Source: the human T2T-CHM13v2.0 reference genome, Homo sapiens
Assembly (NCBI RefSeq): GCF_009914755.1
Contig: NC_060928.1
Direction: 5' to 3' (one strand)
Length of the DNA: 64,000 bases
Every line of letters starts with the position of its first letter. Within the stretch, counting starts at the first letter, position 1. The position numbers were made by a program, and so were the translations under genes. Of this stretch, positions 1-14,190 are shown piece by piece. Under the pieces are notes generated by a model. It saw only the letters and a list, made by a program, of their open reading frames with translations, was not told the DNA's origin and ran no database searches.

Positions 1-200
1 GCATTTGGGTCTTATATGAACAGCCCTATTTCACATGATGTATGCAGCACCTTGTCCTCAGTGTGGCCAATAAATATTTATCACAAGAATAAATGAATTC
101 ATATATATCTGACCCTACCCATATGATTAACCCCTGCACAATGCAATCTCCTATGTCCACTATGAGCTTTGGAGATAATAGTAAACATCACAGAGAACTT

Positions 201-225
201 AAAAAAAAAAAAAAAAAAAAAAAAA
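201..225 (+). repeat. Poly(A) tract (25 A)
   Basis: Mononucleotide run. Confidence 0.95.
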
Positions 226-1102
226 CCAAGGGCAAAAAAACTAACATGTCAAAAACAAACTATGCTAAATAAACATAAATGGTTGATTTAAATGTGTATT
301 TTCCTTTAAAAATTGAGAGTAAGAAGCCCCATCTTGCTTCTTTTGATAGTAGATCCACATGTGCCTTCTAAGTACCAGATACTGTACCAGAGAAGGGGTG
401 CTGAGGCTGCCTGTGTGACTGAATTATTTGATCCTTTTCAATATGTCTTTTTAAAACTGTATATTCAATTTAATATAATATGCCAGGAGAATTAAAATGA
501 TCACATAAAGAAAACAATGAATATTCCCTCAAAGGTAATATTAAAATAGTGGAAATGAAGTCTACTCCTACCATTTCTACTTTCCTAGGCAGCATCTGTT
601 GAAATAGAAATGAAAAAGAAATGTAACCACTGGTGTTATCATTATGGACTTATTAATGTTGCATTCATCCCCAATTTTTTCCACAATATTTCATAAGCAG
701 CACCCATGATATGTCTAACATTTGGCCACAGATATTGAGCACAAGGTTGATTTGGGGGTTGGTTGGTAACAATTAAATAAACATATAAGTTTACAGGGAT
801 GGAGGAAAAAGAAAAGATCACATTTCTAATAGGTCCATAGCCTAGAGTATTGGGAAAGAGCCAAGAAGAAGAAAGTGAGCTAGACAAGTTCCCAAATGAC
901 GAAAATGGAATCAAAATAGTTTATTCCTTTTACTCCTAAAAAGTCTGAGGCATCTCTTGTGAGTCTTACAATGTTTCCTTTCTACACCAAATTACCAACC
1001 TACCTATGTCTACTCCAAATCTAAGGAAAAGTTAAAACAGCATATTAGAATTCACAGAGGGGGGTCTGCTGTAAGTAGCTTATCACAAAAATATAAATAA
1101 GT

Positions 1103-1178
1103 AAAGATGACATCACAAACATCAAGACAATAAAAAGGAAAGATGACATCACAGACATCAAGACAATAAAAAGGAAAG
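1103..1178. repeat. 36-bp tandem duplication
   Basis: agatgacatcaca(a/g)acatcaagacaataaaaaggaa at 1105 and 1141, one mismatch. Confidence 0.95.
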
Positions 1179-1424
1179 GCCTGAGTAGCAAAATCCTTCC
1201 CTCTGAAATCACTGAGTTTAAGGACGCCTAGTGGGTCTTTGTTTTGTAGAAAAGAAAAGGAGGGAGACTTATTTCAATAATAATCATTTTGAGGCATCAG
1301 CTCATATTACAATGTTTTTCTGCATGTAATTAATTTTAGAAAAATGTGATGAAGTTTTGAAAAATTCCTATGGAAATACTCGAGGAAGAAGGAACTGGTA
1401 GATAATCAAGCAGACGGCCTGTCC

Positions 1425-1850
1425 TACACTAGCTTAGGATAAAATCAAACTCTGTGCTACAATTTTCCAGTCTGTATAACGGGAATAAAAGAAACTACCT
1501 CAAAAGACTCTTGTGAAGAGTGAATATATGAGAGCAATAGCAGAGTGTTGGAAATACACACCCAATAAATATTATGTATTATCTCAAACTTTATTCAGCA
1601 AATATTTATTAAATGGTTAATATGTGCCAGGCAATTGTGTCAGGAAGAAAGAGTAGAAATGAAGAGAAATGGATGACTTGAGATTATATTTTGTAAATAG
1701 CAAGGACCTGATTTTAAGGTGTATGAAGAAAAGAGAAAAGAATAATTTTCAGGTGTTGGCCTGAATGTGGTGCCATTTACTGAGAAGGGAAATTCTTGGG
1801 GAAGAATGAGTTTCACAGTTGAGAATCAAGTTTTATTTTGTTTGGTTTGA
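1425..1850. mobile_element. Degraded MIR and L2 fragments
   Basis: MIR core-like (ttttccagtctgtataacgggaataa...acctca) and L2 3'-end-like (ttattcagcaaatatttattaa...tatgtgccaggc) sequence. Confidence 0.55.
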
Positions 1851-2830
1851 TATTATGCCAAATTAGTAATATTAATATAAGTAATATTAATCAAACAAAA
1901 AGTGATGATGGCTAAATAAGCAAATGAGCCTGCAGCTATCTATAGTGCTCTTCTCTCTTCTCCCTTGTCTGTTTCTCTTCATTTTTATCCTCTTTCTTTG
2001 TAGCAACAATAAATCCTTCATTTTTTGCATGCAGAACAATTAAGCCAGCCCAGTCTCAGTTTTTACCTCAATGTGTTTTTCTACACAAACATAGTGCTCT
2101 CTTCAGGAGGAATATGGGTGCTAGCTTGTAATCTTTGCTTCTTCACAGCATGATTCAATGAGCTATGCCTTGTTATTACTAGAGTATACAATTCTTATGA
2201 GCAAGAAGATGGTATGTACTTGTGGACCTGATTTTGATTAATAAATTGCATCCAAAAGTCTAAATGAAACATGTATTGAAATTTCTAATAAGTGGTCTAT
2301 TGGTCTTCTTAGATTCTTGTAGTTACTTGTGTGTTTTTAGTTCCTTTAATTTCTTGCTTACCACTTTGGTGATACAAATCATGATACTGATAATTCTATA
2401 AACTCTCTGGACATATATTTAAGTAACTATAGCATATTAAGCCAACAAAAGCTAATGGCCTCATATGTCTATATTCATCACTTATTAAAATAATCTGTAT
2501 TTTCATACTCTGGTATCGCTTCAAATCATATAAATCACCTTTTACTTAATAAAATAATCTGTATTTTCTGTGAAGCTATATAATTCAAATTTAGTAAATT
2601 AGATGAACAAATATAAAAATGCCTTTTAGAGTAAATTAACCATTTAATCACTATCTGTAATAGTATTGCACCGGAAAATTTAATCCCATGGTTAATTGTA
2701 TTGATAATTTTATAAACCTCATTGAAAATTTACGGGTTCAGACACAAATGTATAAATATCACTCTGTATTGTATGTATGCTATGAAAGTGTTTTTTTAAG
2801 ACATCTTTTTCTTTCTGTGTCTTACCATAG

Positions 2831-3316
2831 GCTACATATCGAAATCGAATTGTGAGCCAAAATCTCAGCACAAGGGACAGAAAAGCAATACATACTCCCA
2901 CCGAGGACCGTTTTAGGTATTCGGCAGCGGACCAGACAAGCCCCTACAAAAACAAGACCTGTCAACTCCCAAGTCTCTGTTTAAGTAATTTCCTGAAGGA
3001 CAAGGAACTAGCAGAAGTTATCAAACATTCAAGAGGAACTTATGAAACCCTCACTTCAGACGTTACACAGAACTTACGGGCCACCGTTGGGCAGAGCTCT
3101 CTGAAGCCAACAGCTAAGACAGAAGGGCTCTCCACGTTCTTAGAGAAACCAAAGGACCAAGTTGCTACGGCCCGACAGCATTCGACCTTTACAGGCAGGT
3201 TTGGACAGCCACCCAGAGGGCCAATCTCTTTACACATGTACAGCAGGAAGAATGTGTTTCTCCACCACAATTTACACAGCACTGAGCTGCAAACTCTAGG
3301 CCAGCAGGATGGGTAA
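2831..3316 (+). CDS. CCSER1: Terminal coding exon of coiled-coil serine-rich protein 1 (C-terminal 161 aa, ATYRNRIVSQ...LQTLGQQDG*)
   Basis: Pyrimidine tract (tctttttctttctgtgtcttacc) plus AG at 2829-2830 opens a phase-0 exon in frame with ORF 2852-3316. GC content is much higher than the flanks. The peptide matches my memory of the CCSER1/FAM190A C-terminus. The ORF-track start at 2852 (GTG) is not a real start. Confidence 0.87.
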   Translation, partial: ATYRNRIVSQNLSTRDRKAIHTPTEDRFRYSAADQTSPYKNKTCQLPSLCLSNFLKDKELAEVIKHSRGTYETLTSDVTQNLRATVGQSSLKPTAKTEGLSTFLEKPKDQVATARQHSTFTGRFGQPPRGPISLHMYSRKNVFLHHNLHSTELQTLGQQDG

Positions 3317-6300
3317 TTAAATCACCGTATTCCTGTCTTTGGGTAGGATAAAGATGGTTAGTGTTTCTCGTGCATAGTTCATATTAAAATTGTCATGTAC
3401 TTTTTCTTACATTTTAGTTATAAACAGAGTTGTGTTGTTGGGTTTTTTTTCTTAGTCATAAACAAAGACTTGTGGGTTTTTTTTTTCCAAGAGTGAAAGT
3501 TTGAGCATGTTAATTGAACTAGGTTGCATTGCCTTGAAGACTTTACTATATAGGTGTATAATAAATGGGACCATCATGATCGTTTATATAGTCCATAATT
3601 TATTTATTTTTTATCTCTATCACTTACTGATATGCATTAAGGTTTCAGAAGATAATATCAAATAGCAATCTGTTCACTGTTAATGGTGTTACTATAAAAG
3701 TAGACCTGATGAAAAATAGATAAAGGAATTATAAAGAATTTTAAATTATATAATTAATAGAAGGAGGAAAAAAGAGAAATGTTAACGTCTTATATTTGGT
3801 GGTATATTTATTTGAAGAATGTGGCTTGCTTGCATGTAACCTAGAGATGTGTTTGTCTCTATTACATACATTCAAGCTCATCTTGTGATACTAGTAAGGG
3901 GGAAATGGCTGTATTTTTTTTCCTTTAAACGTTTAGTTCATACTAGTTCACAAAGGATTTCAGACAGAGTAATTGCTAGCCAAATAGAGAATGACAGCTC
4001 TGATCTTTGAAAAATTTTGCTTTTAGTTTTTGTTATTGATGTTGAAGTACCGTGACATAACACAAGGTGATAAAGTTGGTTGAATTTTGTCAGATGATGC
4101 ATAAATACTGACATGCTATATTCTTTGAGCCACTGTCATGGCAATATAAACATTTTTTCAAAATTTCAAGGATGAAACATCCTAAGAAAATTATTCTTTT
4201 TCTTTACTTTCCTTATTTTTTAAAATGTTCTTTTTTATGTAAATCCAATTTTGGTTTATATACATCAACCCATATCTATAATTTTATGAACTGAAGAACA
4301 GAAAGTCAGTATTTTAGTAGCCAGCATACAATATTCTGACTATGCAGAAATCTAGATTTGGAACAAAAGTAAAGTAAATGTGAACATTGGCAATTTAATC
4401 TTAGAAATAAGCTTCTAACAGGAATATTTAAAACCCATTTGATGGCAAATATTTCTCTTTGACAAATAAGGCCCAAATATGTTATAATATGTTATATACT
4501 TATGTGCACTTTAGATCAATATATGAATTGATCTATGGATAATTCCATCATGTTCAATTAGTAGCAGAGCAGAATCAAAGAGTACAATTAAATACATAAA
4601 TAAATAATTTTTAAAAGACTAATAGGAATCAAGGCTGCAGTTTTCTTATACACATCAGAGCTGTTAAGTACATCCACATTAGCCATAGTCCATGCAAATT
4701 GAAACTGTCATACCTACTGCATGATCTGTTTCCCTTGCATTTTCTAACAGAATCTGTCAGCGTGCACAAGCAAGATGAACAAAGGGAAATTGAGATAGCA
4801 GTTTTAGCATGGCATCTGACAACTTGCTTAAATTAAAGCTGTGTGCAAAATGCATCTCCTATTATAAAAATGTATTTGTGCCCTGTGCTTTGGGGAAAAG
4901 CCATTAGACACTCCACCCCTGAGCTTTAACTACTGAACTTTGATACATTTGCAAACTTAGATTGGAACTGATAAAGTAAGGAGTCGAGTGGATATGTTGT
5001 ACTTGTAATTTTGGTTTTCCAAAGGAACACACATGTGCATCAAGGCAGACATTTGCCAAATGTTTTCTTTCTTTGCGTGTTTGTAATTCTGCCAAAAGAG
5101 AACAATATACACTGCAAATTGCTTGACTTAATGAGATTGCCATCTAAAGTTCCCACCATACTTTGGAAGCTATAATGATCATGCAGATATACACTTTGGG
5201 CTGGGCAATATTTAAGAAATGATAGGAAAATAGAAAAATCATGATTATTAATTGTGGAATTCAGCTTGATTTGTCCTAAATGTTGGTGTCTGTTGCTAGA
5301 GTATTTTAAATCTGTACATAAATAAGCATGATAAAATAATCAAGGATTTTTTCCCAGGATATGGAAGAACTATGTATCACAAATAATGTTTTTGATTTGG
5401 ACTTTTGGAGTTGATAGTTTTGTTTTCCTGGAAGATAGACTTTTGAATTATACTTTATAAAAATAATCTATTTATAGAAGATCTGTCATTTAATAGACAT
5501 TTTAAGAGATGTTTTAAACGCTAGTATTTTCTTGAAAAATCTTTTTTAAAGCTGAATCATTCAAAAGAAAACCTGGATTAAACAGTTCGATTTTAAAAGG
5601 AAGGGTATTTTTTGGAAATATCATCTTAAAGCTGTTTTGTATCAGTATTTTCAACATTGTTATAATATTATTTGTAATACTAAGTGTAACTCAGGCCTGG
5701 AGAAGGTGTAAGCCCACTATGCTAATGTACATCAGTAACTGTAAAACAGGGGTTCTTTGTAAGTTCCTCTTGTGTATATATAGTAACTTATAACAATGGC
5801 ATGTGGGCATTCTTTCAGTGAATTGCTTTCTTTGTACTAAAATCTCTAGTTTTCTAAGACAGTTCCATGTATAAAAATGATTTATGCCTTTCTCCAAGGC
5901 GGTACATATCCAAAGACATGACACCAGGGGGAAAAAGTGCTTGTTTTTCTGATGGAAGCAGTGGTCTTTTCTTTTCTTTCCTCTTTCTTTTGTGCATGTG
6001 TATGTGTAGCTAAGCCTAAATAACCCTGTAAAATTTCTGCTGCAAATTGTCTCTTCTGAATTTAGAATGTGTTTTAAAGGAACACTTAGGAAGAGAAATA
6101 CCTTGAAGAAAAGCTGTTTCCACCTGAAATAAACTGTTCCCATTTTTATAATTATTGGAACATGAAACTGTATTTCTATGAACTCAATGATTTTTTTCCA
6201 TAAAATTATATGCTAAGAGAGTCACCACAAAACTATGAATTCTCTCCCGAATTATTTTTGCTTCTTTGGAGCACCATAGTCTTTGTTCAAATCACAACAT

Positions 6301-6445
6301 GAAACTGTTGCTGCAATGCTAAAGATGTGAATCCACCACTATCAATACGGTCAGGGTAAAACCTGGAGCCACATGTTATTCAAGTTATTTTTGTTATCTA
6401 ATGATTGACATGAAAATAAAATAGTAAGCCAATATTAATTTGTAG
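3317..6445 (+). other. CCSER1: CCSER1 3' UTR (to proximal poly(A) site)
   Basis: Follows the stop codon. No recognisable interspersed repeats; U-rich; Pumilio-type TGTANATA at 5313 and 5773; AATAAA at 6415-6420. The end position is inferred. Confidence 0.65.
6415..6420 (+). terminator. Candidate proximal poly(A) signal
   Basis: AATAAA followed by T/GT-rich downstream sequence (tttgtagg...gtgttt). Confidence 0.5.
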
Positions 6446-7961
6446 GCATAGTTGCCCCACTTAAAGTGTTTACAAAGATTTTCATGATTAATCTGGGTTT
6501 ATGATTTAATCCTAACTCATTGTCATTATTTCCTGAATGTTGAACTCCCATTATAGGAAATTCCACATTTTGTTTTGTTTTCTTTGTCTTGTTTAATAGA
6601 GATAATAACCATACACCCCTCTCCAGAAAAAAGTTTTTAAAAATTATTATGATATATTTAAGATTCACATGCCCAGGATAAATGATTACATTCCACTAGC
6701 CCTCTCAAAAACTTTCTTGGCAACTTAGTTGTTGATTAAACAGTAGGAACAGTTTGCTGAATGGTTAGGATTATCTCTGCACATCATTCGTCATCATCAG
6801 CTTCTCATTATAAAGAAATAGTAACCCATAGCAGTGGATAATTTGGAATACTTAGCATAATCTCATAATTATAATCTAAATTTTTACTACTTTTTCACTT
6901 TCAGAACTTAACATTCTAAACAGCTATAGAAGGAAGTGGTTCAAAATAACCCTAAGATTCCATTGAAACATATACACACAGATGAAACTAGAAAAGAAAG
7001 GGCAATACATGTGAAGATGATATCTATGATTGCCATTCATGTTACTGAATCACATGCCCCATAATCAGAAGCTTTTCCCTTATTGATAATATTAGCTCAA
7101 ATGTAGCACCCATTCATTTATACCAGGATTTTGATTGCTATCTAAGACTTGACTTTATTTAGGCATTATTATCAGATCCTGTTATGTATTTTCATATGCA
7201 TATATATATTTTTGTATAAGAAGTATTTCAATCACATGTAATATTCTTGGGAAATTTACCTCTCCTAGAGTTTAAGCTTTTTAAAACATGTCTTGTTTCT
7301 TTCTCATGTGGTAAATTTATCATGACAACTCTAGGCTGTAGAAGGCGTAATATAAAATACAAACTAGTTTTGGTTCTTATAAAAGGCTGATTTCAGTTAA
7401 GACTGGTCATTTTTTTAAAAAGCTGAATTACACTGTAGTATAAAAGCAAACAGTCAACTAAGCAACCAAACAAAACAGCTCTCTTCTTTAATAATATTCA
7501 TCATTGCCAAATGTTTATTTTTGAAATTTTGTTCTGTGCCAACTTGTTTCACCATGTTAAACTGCATACATACCCATGAACTATTTATTTACAATACATT
7601 TGATCTCGTTAAGACCCCAGTTCTATTTCCAAGGCATGCAGCCCAAAACCAAAAAGTTAAAAGATGATAACACTCTGTGGTTGAATTACCTATGGAAAAG
7701 AATGAAGGCAGTTCACTCTGTTTAAGATGTGGAGAATTTCCTACAAATAGTTAAGGTGAAATAAAATCATTAATAGAGAGTAGGTTCCTTCCATTTGAGT
7801 AAGTGATCTAGAATATGGGATACCACGGTTCTTTTTAGAGCATTTTCAGTGTAGCCTCATTAACTTCTCCAATTTAATACGACATACATACTTCTTCCAC
7901 CTGAACATAAAATTCAAGAATAGGAGCATCCTACATCTTTCATTCTTTCCAAACATTACCT

Positions 7962-8300
7962 CTTTAGTAAATTCGGGTTGCTATAACAAAATACCATGGA
8001 CTGGGTGACTAAACAACAGTCACTTGTGTCTCAAGTTCTGGAGGCTAGGAAGTCTAAGATTAGGGTGGGGCAGAATAAATTATTGGTGAGGATCTGCTTC
8101 CTGATTTGCATGTTGGAGAAAGGGCTCTGGCCTCTTCCTCTTCTAATAACTACAATAATTTCATCATGGGGGCCCCACCCTCATAATCTCATCTAAACCT
8201 AATTACTTCCCAAGCGCCCCAACTTCAAGCACCATCACACTGGGGGTTAGGGCTTCAACATATGAATTTGGGGGGGGATATAAAAATTTAGTTTATAGCA
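7962..8300 (-). mobile_element. MLT1 (ERVL-MaLR) solo LTR, MLT1B/C-like
   Basis: gggttgctataacaaaatacc...ttctggaggctaggaagtc...agggcttcaacatatgaattt...tttatagca matches the reverse complement of MLT1. Confidence 0.8.
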
Positions 8301-9533
8301 CTCATTTTCAGGTCAAAGAGCCCACTTCCCTAATCACATACTTCAATAACTAGTTAGGTAATTATTGTTTTACTCTTTTGTAGATTAGATCAGAGACATT
8401 AGGTAACTTGTCCAGGACACACAACATGCATTTTTAATTAAATTGGATTTAATAACCCTTGAACTTTCCATTTATATCATGCTTATCTCCAGAATAGGAT
8501 CTCTCCTAAGGAGGCAGAGTGATTTAAACAAACATGTGCTGCTTCAATCTCCTTTACTCCTAAACTTCCATTGATATTGCTAGGGACAAAAAATTAAGCA
8601 ATGATCTATTTTAGGAAATCAAAATACTGTTCATTGAAAAGCAGTTTTAAAACAATTATTGACATTTAATAAATACAGAATTTTCAGAGGGCATCTCTTC
8701 TATTTCAAGGTTACCTCCCAGAAAAACTGACATTCTAATTTTCTTCTCTTGAAAGCAATTAGAAAAAATGCTAAGAAATGATTTTATATTTTTTAAAGTA
8801 GAGGGCCAATGAAGTGTCTAACAAAAGGAAAGCATACAGTAAATGAAAAATAAACTAGTTATCAGATTGTCTTATATCTTTCCTTCATAGGACATTGATA
8901 CAGACATCATCAAATTCCTGTTTGTATTGCCTTATACATACTTAAAAAACAAGATATTTACAAAAATATTTTAGATATTCCTGTCTAGGAACTAAAATTA
9001 CAGCTGATTTAGAATTTGCTTAATTATTCAGAAGGAATTGAAGTGAAATGAGGAATACAAATTTACTTGTCCTAAATTTTTAAATAAAATGTATTATATT
9101 TTGTAGTCAATTATATATACCAAAATAATGTCTGAATAAGATGTAATCCTGTCATGAGTTCTCTCTTCCAAAAAAGAATGCAAGAGAATTGATTATCTTA
9201 GTTAGACCCCATTTTTAAGGAAAAAATACACCCTGTATGATACATTCTTAGATATATGGGTTTGAGATTATTAACATTGATAATAGTTTTTTTAATTCAT
9301 CATCTCTAAAACTCTAAAACTTTAGTGAGAAAGATAATAAATAGAAAATTACCCTGGAAATTAAAATTTTTAGCAATATTGAATACAGTAGTATAATTTT
9401 TTGTGGCTCTTGATTTCCTAAGAAAAATAGTGATTTTTATTTAATGAAAATTTCTCAATTTGGTTAATATTCTAAGAAAAGATTGATATATTTAAGCATG
9501 GTGATTAGAAAAATATGCATATTTCCTGCTCAT

Positions 9534-9566
9534 AATAAATTTTAAAACAACAAATTAGTTGTGTGG
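9534..9566 (+). terminator. Candidate distal poly(A) signal with GU-rich downstream element
   Basis: AATAAA at 9534-9539, CA dinucleotides ~10-15 nt later, then ttagttgtgtgg at 9555-9566. Confidence 0.55.
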
Positions 9567-11389
9567 TACCTGATTGCTTTCAATATGACATTAATTTGTT
9601 TTGAACTTGTCTTGATGATAGATTGAGTTACACATGCATTCATATTGGGCATAAAGCATTGTGATTTACTTCTAGGTTCTTGAGGGTTGTGACAATTGGA
9701 AAATGACAAATCAGCCACTTATTTCATCAGCTAGTTGACACAATTTATATTTCTACTTTCCTCACCATCAGGCTTTTTAAAATTTCTGATATATAGCAAT
9801 ACTATGCAATGGTCCCCAGGGACCATTAGAAGAATATACTGCTATATTTAATGTCAATAGATCTATAATATAGTATAAAAATGCTATACTATTTTTATCT
9901 TCATTTATTAAAACTCATTACAATTCAAAATTCAAAATATATTTCACACCATTTTGACTTTGTAGTTTAAGAAACCCTGTGACAGCACAAAAATGCAATT
10001 TTTTTTTCTAAGTTCCCTGTCTTTATCAACACGCACACACACCCTTGGAGTTTTAAAAACTGGTAGAAGATGGATGATTCAGTACAGTTACTGAAGCATT
10101 CGAAATGATACACGTATATGTTTCCATTTGGCATCCAAACTGGCCAACAGGGAAGAACATACAGTTAAAATGCTCCTGCAATGCCTCGAAAATACACTCC
10201 AACATCTTGTGTTTACAGGGCCTCACAGCTTCACAGTAAATAGTGTTCTTCTGCAGTGTACTTTCATATAATGCAATTTAAATAAGCTGAAACAAAGCAT
10301 TATGGTATATTTTATAATTTATAATTAATGTGATGTTATAGTTTAAGAATCAAGCCATTTTCCTGATGATAGGAAGAATTATTTTTAATTCTAAACTTTA
10401 TTTTCTATAAAGCATGTCAATAAGCAATGTATATGTTTTTTCTATTATATTACTGAAGGTGTTAAACTTTAGAGTTGTTTTGAAGACTTTATGAGAACTC
10501 AAACTCTATTTCTGGAATTTATTGGTTTATTTTAAAAACCCTTTGATTATAATTATAATCAATCAACACTTTTGTAGATTAATTATGTGGATATTTCTCT
10601 CTTAAATTTCAGTCATGAAACAGTAGTTTTAAAATGTTTAAAATGAAATATTGATGTATCTAGTACTTACTATTCATATATTCTTTCAAATATCCTCATT
10701 TTTTATCTTATTTTAAGTGACTCTTGCATATCTCATTCCCTTTTATGGTTCTTACTTCTCTAATATAGCAAATGCTTTGACATTTGTAGTGATATTATCA
10801 GTTGAACAGGTATCATAGCATTTTATGTACAGAAATGACACAAGTGAATATTACAGTTTAAGGGGGATTTAAAGTTCTAATCACTTTTCAGAAGATGTTT
10901 GTGAAAAGTGAGAACCAACTTTTAGATAGAAAGTTATTTGAGTTATTACTTTATCCAAGTGTAATGTTTGATTTAGTTTCATTTGTAGGCCTTTACCCAA
11001 AATTTAACAATAAGAAAGAATATTGCTTTATTTTAAAACACTACTTATATTACACTGGTAGTCATATGACCAAAATCTAAAAATATCAAAATAATAGGAT
11101 GTTAAGAGGTGCTTCTGAATTCTGTGGATCCAACATTATATATTTTCCATTAAAGAAGAGCTGGAAAGAAAGGGAAATATACATGTAAACCCAGTCTTGA
11201 ATTCTTCTGGTGAAGAATGAAATGTGACCATAACCTGTAAATTTGAGCTGCTATCATTTTTCAACTAAATGGCTGATTTTAAAGAGTCTATATTAGGTCA
11301 GATGCTGGCCAAAGTTTTATCTTCGTACAAACAGACCAGATAGCTTAAGAGTGGACCTGACATCTTTAGACCGAAACAAATACATCTTA

Positions 11390-11713
<324 letters not shown>

Positions 11714-12539
11714 TCATTTGCAGAGGCTTTCATGTCTCCAAAAGCTGCAAATTTAGATATTTTAAGCCATATATTCAAGGGTTGTTGTTCATGTAGAAAG
11801 TAAAATGAAGAGTGGCATTTACAATCACCTAAGAATAGATGTTGTGTGGTGGGATTATCACATATGTTGTTGAAATTCAATTCCAAATTGTAATGTAAAA
11901 GTTGGAGAGCCAATTGAAAGTATTAGTAGAACACAGGAAGTTGATACAGGATATTTCCAGATCAACTGAGACAAATCAACATCTGATTATTCAGTGAGAA
12001 TAATATCAACCCATGCTTTCAGACACAAGAGCTGAATGTGAAGGGTTTTGGAAGAATCTTTTCATAACGAAGCCCAGAAACTGATGAAGCCATTCACATA
12101 AACTCATTCATATGACAGGTAAGCTCATTACATAGCTCTAGGCAATCACGCTGTTGCATTTGAGGTAAAATTGGAGTTACTGTAAATATGCAATTTGGTT
12201 TCATCCTAAAGAGGCTTATACTAATCTTTCAAAGGATGTTGTACAAACACTTCTTAGAAAGGAACTGTCTACCTTATTGGAAATATGGATTCAAATATAT
12301 ATACTGTGAATCACCCAACTGTAGAAGGTGATTATACACTTTCCCAAGATATTTGATGAATTGTAAGGGACTTGGAAATGTGGTTAGGAAAGGAGGAATT
12401 TGTATCATTGTTCTTAAAAGCAATAACATAAATTGTAGAATTATGGTCTAGTCAAACACTGTGCCCTTAAAGCAGTCACATATGTCCATTTGTGGTAGCT
12501 CTAAAACATGTTGGAGAAATGAATCTGAAAATATTCTGT

Positions 12540-12700
12540 GAATAGAGCAGTTGAAGACAGCTTAATGTCTGAGTTCAAACTCCATCTGACAATTTCTTGT
12601 CGTGTGCCCTTGGAGCATTTTTTATCTCCATTTTTCCTTCTATGAAATGGGATAATAATGGGATACCTTATATGATTTTCATGAAGACTGAAAAATAGGG
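12540..12700 (+). mobile_element. MIR
   Basis: ctgagttcaaactccatct...gtgtgcccttgg...ttccttctatgaaatgggataata core. Confidence 0.65.
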
Positions 12701-13974
12701 CCTATCACAGAATAAGAAGAATTTAGATGCTTCATCAATCACTTACCTCTCAATCAATCATTTGCCTTTCCTAGTAAGTGGGAATTCTTTGAAGCATTTG
12801 GCTTTCTCCAAGTTTATCAACCCATGAGCACTGATGATGCTATCATAGAAAAAACTAAGAGAAATCCCTAGAAAAATATCAAAAATTCTATAATCTCTGA
12901 AATTTTCAAATTTTTCACGAGTGTTTTTTTAGTATTTCATGATTAAAACACTGTTTTGATAATGAATGGATTTGCACAAAGACTTCTGAAATTTCTGTAT
13001 TCTTTTAAAAAATGAAAACTTATCTTTAGTATCAAGTTCTTTGGTTACCATATAATGTTTCACTAATGTTTATCTTGCTGAAGATAATGTTGCTTCCAAA
13101 CATGGGGAGCCTACCACATGTTTAAAACAAAAATGTTTCAAGCTTTTACAGAGCTATTTATTTTTTACTATGTTTTGTTTCATACACACAGAAAAACATT
13201 TCCTGTTCTGAAACTGCTTCATTATCTATTAAAAACAAAACTCATGAGAATGCTTGCTGAAGTGTTAGTAACTTACTGACTTTAAAGAGTACCATAGTAT
13301 ATAACAATGACCAAAAGCCACTGTCTCTTAACAGTATGTTGTGCTTTAGCTGACTACTAGAAAGGTAAAATGTAATAGCAAAGATTTTGGCCATTGTATT
13401 TATTATATTGCATTTTAAAGAGTCAGGGTGTTCCAATTCTATTTCTCCAATAGTCCTTTAATGAAATAGCAGTCTTATAAATCACCTCTCATTAGGCTTT
13501 CTCTCTATGTGTGCATGGAATCCTTAAAGCTTACATTAGTAATAATAAATTCTGAAATTTCCACTAAAAGTTCTGATGTTGGAAGTCTTCCTAATCTATA
13601 CTTTGAGTAGGCAAAATGACAATTGAACATAGGATTTAAAATTAATAGGGTTGCAGTCACTCAGAGGAATGATCTACACTATAAAAATCTATCCTTTTTT
13701 AAGAATTAAGGACAACTTTAGTATTCCTGAATAAAACCATTCTGTTAACTTTATTACATTACATGAATAATCAGCTTTGTTCATGCATTTATGCGACCCA
13801 CGTTTATGCTGGTTACCTACCATCTGCCAAATAGTGTGATCTGCACTTAGGGTGCAAAACAGAACAATAATTAACCTATATTTAAGTGTTTTACATATAT
13901 ACACATGTATATATATGTATATAATCCACACACAGTGAATAGAAGCTTTGTCTAGTAGCTGAAATAAATTTTTA

Positions 13975-14190
13975 TTAATTGTAATAATGCCTAACAATTA
14001 CTGAGTGATGTTCTGTACAGGTAGGCACTATATTAGATACTTTACATAAGTTTTTTTAATCTAATCTCACAAGAAGGCTTTGGGTAAATATTCATATTAT
14101 TATTCCTATTTTGCCTTTGGGAACAATAAAAATTAGGAAGTTGTCCCAAGTCACACAGCCAGTAGGAGGTACAGATGACTGTTATATCAA
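13975..14190 (-). mobile_element. MIR
   Basis: tattattcctattttgc...aagttgtcccaagtcacacagccagta is the reverse MIR core. Confidence 0.65.

Larger units (their letters stand above)
1..2830 (+). other. CCSER1: 3' end of the last CCSER1 intron
   Basis: AT-rich non-coding DNA with MIR/L2 fragments, ending in a canonical 3' splice site. Confidence 0.8.

Noticed and set aside
201-225. Poly(A) run as the tail of a retrocopy
   Set aside because: No recognisable element body or TSD next to it
2480-2568. 25-bp imperfect direct repeat (actta(t/a)taaaataatctgtattttc) upstream of the acceptor
   Set aside because: Short and AT-rich; no evidence of a splicing role from sequence alone
5691-6143. 150-aa minus-strand ORF
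   Set aside because: Antisense to the CCSER1 3' UTR, low-complexity composition, no recognisable homology
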